Shown here one piece after another: positions 59,478 through 64,000 of a DNA stretch of 64,000 bases. Source of the stretch: Nitrospirota bacterium (GTDB taxonomy: Bacteria; Nitrospirota; UBA9217); contig CAVUCU010000001.1 of the NCBI GenBank assembly GCA_963740085.1, forward strand, positions 608,001 to 672,000. Direction: 5' to 3'. Positions within the stretch are counted from its first letter, which is position 1, and each line of letters opens with the position of its first letter. The translations under genes and the position numbers were made by a program. Below the pieces are notes generated by a model. It made no database searches. It was not told the DNA's origin and saw only the letters and a list, made by a program, of their open reading frames with translations.

Positions 59478-59807
59478 TTAGATTTTCTGCAGAATGGCGA
59501 GCGATGTCTTTGTAAAACAGACTCCCTCGGGAAGTTTGCAGTTCCCTGCCTTCTTCTGACCTACGGGATTCTCCGGTTTATTCATGGCTGCTATCCCGCC
59601 CCTGGCAGCGGCAAAAACACGGGTGAACTCTCCCGAAAGGCCCTTTATTTCCCCTGCGTACTGGGTCTCGAATTTGGCCAGATTCTCTTTGACCGCCGTG
59701 AGCGTAGTAATGAAGGAATTACAGGAACGGCAAAACGGGTCCGCCTGCTGGTTCTTCAGCACGCCGAACAGATATGCATAACTACGCGCCTGATTCATGA
59801 TCTCCAT
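59478..59807 (-). CDS. Hypothetical protein with CxxC and CX6C
   Basis: CRSC and CKLPEGVC; co-oriented in the operon. Confidence 0.65.
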   Translation of the reverse strand: MEIMNQARSYAYLFGVLKNQQADPFCRSCNSFITTLTAVKENLAKFETQYAGEIKGLSGEFTRVFAAARGGIAAMNKPENPVGQKKAGNCKLPEGVCFTKTSLAILQKI

Positions 59808-59843
59808 TGATAAGGCCCTCCTCTGTGTATATACGGGAAATAT

Positions 59844-60224
59844 TTAATGAGCGCATCCCCCGTCGTCGCTGTGGCCGCCGCAGCACCCCTGGAGCGTCAA
59901 CGTGGGGAGTTTCTGCGAATCGAACATCGTCATGTTTTCCCGTATCGTTGCCGCCGATGAACGATGCACGATGATCCCCATCTGGTTCAGCCTCGTAAGC
60001 GCGCCCGCGCCGATGCCGCCCACGACGATCGCGTCGACCTTCTGATTGTCGAGCGCCTTCATGGGGTTGCACGCTCCATGGGTGTGGTGCTGGTCCCGGT
60101 TGTTGATCGTTGAGATATCATTCGTGTCGGTATCCACCACGACAAAAAACGGCGCCGAGCCGAAATGATTGAACACCGCGCTTTCGATCCCATCGTCTTT
60201 CTGTACTGGAAAACAGATCTTCAT
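59844..60224 (-). CDS. NifB/NifX-family Fe-Mo cofactor-binding-like protein
   Basis: MKICFP, HFGSAP.F, GGIG.GA, His/Cys-rich tail. Confidence 0.88.
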   Translation of the reverse strand: MKICFPVQKDDGIESAVFNHFGSAPFFVVVDTDTNDISTINNRDQHHTHGACNPMKALDNQKVDAIVVGGIGAGALTRLNQMGIIVHRSSAATIRENMTMFDSQKLPTLTLQGCCGGHSDDGGCAH

Positions 60225-60247
60225 GTTCGTTCCTCCCTATAAAGTGG

Positions 60248-60523
60248 TTATTCAAACACTATGGCCTTGCCTGTTGCAAGCGCCATCGCAACTTTTTTTC
60301 TCGCCAGAGAAAGAATCCTCTGAATGGTCCCCCTCGACACGCCCATCCTGTCGCCTGCTTCTTCCTGCGTCAGGTCGTCAAGGTCGCAGAGTTTCAAGGC
60401 CTCAAGCTCATCCAGGGAAACAGAAATGCGTTCCACCTCGGACATCGGGACCCCCGTGGGCTTGTATGCCTTTCCCTTGAAGCTGCACTGGCAATGACGC
60501 GGTTTTTTACAACGTGGAGACAT
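60248..60523 (-). CDS. DUF134 (UPF0251) HTH protein
   Basis: PR..K.R.C, KP.G.P, DELEALKL.D...L.QEEA...MGVSR.T..RIL..ARKKVA. Confidence 0.9.
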   Translation of the reverse strand: MSPRCKKPRHCQCSFKGKAYKPTGVPMSEVERISVSLDELEALKLCDLDDLTQEEAGDRMGVSRGTIQRILSLARKKVAMALATGKAIVFE

Positions 60524-60541
60524 GAAGACCTTTCTTTATTT

Positions 60542-60585
60542 GTGCATATGCACGTAATGATACCCGGTGCACTTTCTGTTGTCAA
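60542..60585 (-). promoter_or_regulatory. sigma70 promoter with GTGCATATGCAC palindrome
   Basis: TTGACA-17 nt-TATCAT (60585-60557); perfect 12-bp palindrome at 60542-60553 near the expected start site. Confidence 0.7.
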
Positions 60586-60855
60586 GGGTTTTCTTTTCTT
60601 TAGCAGCAATATTCCTGGTCACAAGGCATGGCAGCAGGCATAGCAGGACTTTGCGGATACGGCAAGAACGAACAAGAAAGCACGTCCTCCGAGACTATCG
60701 CTCGCCTGCATCACGTTTTCATAAGATAAACTCCACGGTATAACTACGAACATTTTCCTATGTACGTAGGAACTTATACCGATTATCAAAATGTGATTCA
60801 TATGATAAGGTTCAATCAACGATACGACAAGTCACAAAAAAAGGAGGTACACACC

Positions 60856-61224
60856 ATGCTTACACATGCGGGAGGACAAGTGGTCGGGAACGGAACGTAC
60901 TGGGATATCATGACCGGACTAAGGGTCGACATAGAACGGGAAGGAACGCTCCCGGGGGGAAACCGGACAAAATACCTGAAGGCTTCTTCAAGTGCAGTGC
61001 TGTTGTCGGGGCCCATTCTTGGGTTGGCCTACGTCATTTTTCTGCCGATCATGGGCATCGTGACGGCGCTCTCCCTCCTGGTTCGGAAGGTTTTGGGAGG
61101 GGTGTTCAGCCTGGGCAGGAACATCATCTCTTTCGGATGGAGACCCACCGAGGCGTATTTGGGCGGAAAGAACAGAAGGAAAGGTGACGGCGACAAGCCG
61201 GGAAGATCGCCGAATAAAAAGTGA
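60856..61224 (+). CDS. Small membrane protein A, copy 2
   Basis: Identical to copy 1 except V to M (LPIMG). Confidence 0.8.
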   Translation: MLTHAGGQVVGNGTYWDIMTGLRVDIEREGTLPGGNRTKYLKASSSAVLLSGPILGLAYVIFLPIMGIVTALSLLVRKVLGGVFSLGRNIISFGWRPTEAYLGGKNRRKGDGDKPGRSPNKK

Positions 61225-61299
61225 GCGGGGGAATGCCGACGCTCTCATGATGGCGCACTCACGACAAACAATAATCTAAAACTAAAGGAGGGCATAGTT

Positions 61300-61713
61300 A
61301 TGAACAGCATGTTTGATTTTGTCACCCATGTCAAGGTGGTCGAGTATCTTCTTTCCCTGGCCTTAATTGCAGGATATCTTCTGGTCTGGGAGGCGCTGAA
61401 ACCAAGACCGTTCCGCAAGGTAAAGGAGGTCGGCCAAGAGGATCTGGCGCATATCAGGCAGAACGGCATGAAGGGCACGCTGAAGCTGGTGGGAAAGATC
61501 GCCGCCGCTCCATTCGTCGGGCTGCTCTATATAATCCTTCTCCCTGTCGGCCTGGTCAGCGCACTGTCCTATGCCCTGATCTCGGGGGTGATGGGAAAAA
61601 GCCCGTCGTTTTCCTGGAGACCGGCCGAGGCATACCTCTCCGGCCACAAGAAGACCAAAAAGCAGGAAGCTGTTGACGACAAGCAATCTGAGCAGAAGGA
61701 GAACTCACGATAA
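61300..61713 (+). CDS. Small membrane protein B, copy 2 (variant C-terminus)
   Basis: Ends GHKKTKKQEAVDDKQSEQKENSR. Confidence 0.8.
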   Translation: MNSMFDFVTHVKVVEYLLSLALIAGYLLVWEALKPRPFRKVKEVGQEDLAHIRQNGMKGTLKLVGKIAAAPFVGLLYIILLPVGLVSALSYALISGVMGKSPSFSWRPAEAYLSGHKKTKKQEAVDDKQSEQKENSR

Positions 61714-61881
61714 CGCAGGAAGGCTTGCTCTCAGCAGACGTTATCACCATTAAACGTTACTATTTGTTACTACGAACATTTTCCTATGTACGTAGGAACT
61801 TATACCGATTATCAAAATGTGATTCATATGATAAGGTTCAATCAACGATACGACAAGTCACAAAAAAAGGAGGTACACACC

Positions 61882-62250
61882 ATGCTTACACATGCGGGAG
61901 GACAAGTGGTCGGGAACGGAACGTACTGGGATATCATGACCGGACTAAGGGTCGACATAGAACGGGAAGGAACGCTCCCGGGGGGAAACCGGACAAAATA
62001 CCTGAAGGCTTCTTCAAGTGCAGTGCTGTTGTCGGGGCCCATTCTTGGGTTGGCCTACGTCATTTTTCTGCCGATCGTGGGCATCGTGACGGCGCTCTCC
62101 CTCCTGGTTCGGAAGGTTTTGGGAGGGGTGTTCAGCCTGGGCAGGAACATCATCTCTTTCGGATGGAGACCCACCGAGGCGTATTTGGGCGGAAAGAACA
62201 GAAGGAAAGGTGACGGCGACAAGCCGGGAAGATCGCCGAATAAAAAGTGA
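61882..62250 (+). CDS. Small membrane protein A, copy 3
   Basis: Protein identical to copy 1. Confidence 0.8.
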   Translation: MLTHAGGQVVGNGTYWDIMTGLRVDIEREGTLPGGNRTKYLKASSSAVLLSGPILGLAYVIFLPIVGIVTALSLLVRKVLGGVFSLGRNIISFGWRPTEAYLGGKNRRKGDGDKPGRSPNKK

Positions 62251-62325
62251 GCGGGGGAATGCCGACGCTCTCACGATGGCGCACTCACGACAAACAATAA
62301 TCTAAAACTAAAGGAGGGCATAGTT

Positions 62326-62727
62326 ATGAACAGCATGTTTGATTTTGTCACCCATGTCAAGGTGGTCGAGTATCTTCTTTCCCTGGCCTTAATTGCAGGA
62401 TATCTTCTGGTCTGGGAGGCGCTGAAACCAAGACCGTTCCGCAAGGTAAAGGAGGTCGGCCAAGAGGATCTGGCGCATATCAGGCAGAACGGCATGAAGG
62501 GCACGCTGAAGCTGGTGGGAAAGATCGCCGCCGCCCCGTTCGTCGGGCTGCTCTATATAATTCTTCTCCCGGTCGGCCTGGTCAGCGCACTGTCCTATGC
62601 CCTGATCTCGGGTGTGATGGGAAAAAGCGCGTCATTTTCCTGGAGACCTGCCGAGGCATACCTCTCCGGCAAAAAGAAGACCAAGAAGCAGGAAGTTGAT
62701 ACCGACAAGCAGCCTGAGAAAAAATGA
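62326..62727 (+). CDS. Small membrane protein B, copy 3
   Basis: Differs from copy 1 at F/S and P/A. Confidence 0.8.
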   Translation: MNSMFDFVTHVKVVEYLLSLALIAGYLLVWEALKPRPFRKVKEVGQEDLAHIRQNGMKGTLKLVGKIAAAPFVGLLYIILLPVGLVSALSYALISGVMGKSASFSWRPAEAYLSGKKKTKKQEVDTDKQPEKK

Positions 62728-62802
62728 TTTTTTTACCGCAAAAGGGTCGCTCAAGAGAGCAGCATCCCTTTTGTAATTGTAATCTAAGGAGGAACGGAAA
62801 GA

Positions 62803-63291
62803 ATGAAAATCGTTACCCTGATCATTGCATCGCTGTGCTTCATCTTTCTTTCTCTAACAGTCGTTCATGCCGAGGAAGGAACGTCAAGTGCGGCCACCCC
62901 TCGTAGGATCATCAAGTTGGACAGCATCGTAAATATCTATAAGCCCGTACAATTCAATCATGAAAAACACATCGCTATTGCCGGTGATTGCGGGAAGTGT
63001 CACCATCAGCACGGGAATAACGCAAGCCTGCCCTGCCATGAGTGCCATAACATTAAGGCACAGTTGTTTAAAAGCTCTCTGACGGGAAGTTTCATGGCAT
63101 GCAAAAATTGCCATGGGGACTTAGACCCCTCAACGCCCCGGATGCCGGGGCTCAAGGTCGCCTATCATCGCCAGTGTTTTCAGTGTCACTGGGGCATGAA
63201 CGAGGTGGGCCTCAGTCCAAAGGGCTGCACCATCATGTGTCATGACAAACGTGACCAGAAGGTGAGCGCGAAAGCACACAAATCACTCTAA
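62803..63291 (+). CDS. Class III multiheme cytochrome c (c3-like)
   Basis: Signal peptide, PV.FNH..H, CGKCHH, CHECH, CKNCH, AYH.QCFQCH, CTIMCH. Confidence 0.9.
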   Translation: MKIVTLIIASLCFIFLSLTVVHAEEGTSSAATPRRIIKLDSIVNIYKPVQFNHEKHIAIAGDCGKCHHQHGNNASLPCHECHNIKAQLFKSSLTGSFMACKNCHGDLDPSTPRMPGLKVAYHRQCFQCHWGMNEVGLSPKGCTIMCHDKRDQKVSAKAHKSL

Positions 63292-63347
63292 TGAGCACGC
63301 GTACCACGCTATTCACGCTATTAAGGAAAGAGGAGGAATGAGAAATT

Positions 63348-64000
63348 ATGGATAAGAATGCAAAGAAACCCTCTGAACCCGCCAATCCACTGTCAGAACA
63401 GCGCGGCACCGGGGGGGATAAATCTGATGCCGGCACCATGGGTGACAGTCTGAATTTCACCAGAAGAAGGTTCATGGGCACGGTCGCCGCAATAGGCGGA
63501 GCGCTGGGGGCGGCTAGCCTGGCATCCAGGGCGAAGATAGCAGGCGCGAAAGAGTTCGAAGGGTCAGCCGACCGCTACGGTGTGCTGTACGATCTGACCC
63601 TTTGCGTCGGATGCCGCAGCTGCGAAAAGGCCTGCAATGAATATAACAAGCTGCCTGCCCCGGCGGTGCCGTTCGATGATCCCTCGGTATTCGAGGAGAC
63701 GCGGAGACCGACGGTGGAGGCCTATACCGTGGTCAACCGGTACCCGAACCCCAAGGACCCGAGCAAGCCGCTCTACCGCAAGATTCAATGCAATCATTGC
63801 AACGAACCGGGATGCGCAACGTCTTGCCCTGTTCATGCGTACACGAAGCACCCGGAAGGTCCTGTTACCTATAACGTGGACCTCTGTTTCGGCTGCCGGT
63901 ATTGCATGGTGGCCTGTCCCTACTATGTCCCCGCGTATGACTACAACAGCGCGCTCGAGCCCCGGATCTCGAAATGCACCATGTGCGTTGATCGCGTCAA
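63348..64000 (+). CDS. HmcB/HybA-like periplasmic 4Fe-4S protein, truncated by the window end (not in the ORF track)
   Basis: Manual translation: TRRRF Tat motif, [38 protein letters not shown]...[19 protein letters not shown]. Confidence 0.88.
   Translation, partial: MDKNAKKPSEPANPLSEQRGTGGDKSDAGTMGDSLNFTRRRFMGTVAAIGGALGAASLASRAKIAGAKEFEGSADRYGVLYDLTLCVGCRSCEKACNEYNKLPAPAVPFDDPSVFEETRRPTVEAYTVVNRYPNPKDPSKPLYRKIQCNHCNEPGCATSCPVHAYTKHPEGPVTYNVDLCFGCRYCMVACPYYVPAYDYNSALEPRISKCTMCVDRV

Larger units (their letters stand above)
60743..61713 (+). repeat. Two-gene cassette, copy 2 of 3
   Basis: Tandem with copy 3, period 1026 bp. Confidence 0.95.
61769..62727 (+). repeat. Two-gene cassette, copy 3 of 3
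   Basis: Directly precedes the cytochrome c3 gene. Confidence 0.95.

Noticed and set aside
57912-62727. Triplication as CRISPR, DGR template/variable repeats or pure assembly artefact
   Set aside because: Units are ~1 kb coding cassettes with no spacers and no reverse transcriptase nearby, differences are not adenine-specific, and copy-specific SNPs and distinct flanks argue against a simple artefact (still needs read confirmation)

Overview
Bacterial chromosomal window from a probable dissimilatory sulfur-metabolising anaerobe. The gene content and dsr arrangement suggest a Thermodesulfovibrionia/Nitrospirota-like lineage (inference, not confirmed). Left third: msrA, a decayed REP-associated tyrosine transposase and an HD-GYP gene, then a minus-strand dsr cluster ordered dsrA-B-D-N-orf-C-fdx-dsrH-like-dsrE-like-dsrF-like-dsrT-M-K-J-O-P-fdx. 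This combines the reductive marker DsrD with DsrEFH-type sulfurtransferase-like genes and twin 7Fe-type ferredoxins. Middle: housekeeping genes (cysE, ispDF, mglA-like, uvrC), a four-helix-bundle gene bracketed by inverted 7-nt tandem arrays, a sigma54-type rhodanese/TolC/RND operon, a lipid A acyltransferase (frameshifted), a lipoate ligase, and an OmpB/MofA-like multicopper oxidase cassette. Right: a two-component/sigma54/sigma70 regulatory cascade, a Rieske-cytochrome b/c module (one frameshift), and a ~1 kb two-gene membrane-protein cassette present in three near-identical copies in front of a small Hmc-like cytochrome c3/HmcB operon that runs off the window. Several intergenic spacers carry gene-less 7-mer repeat arrays. 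No rRNA, tRNA or CRISPR array was seen. All calls are from motif recognition by eye; no database searches were run.
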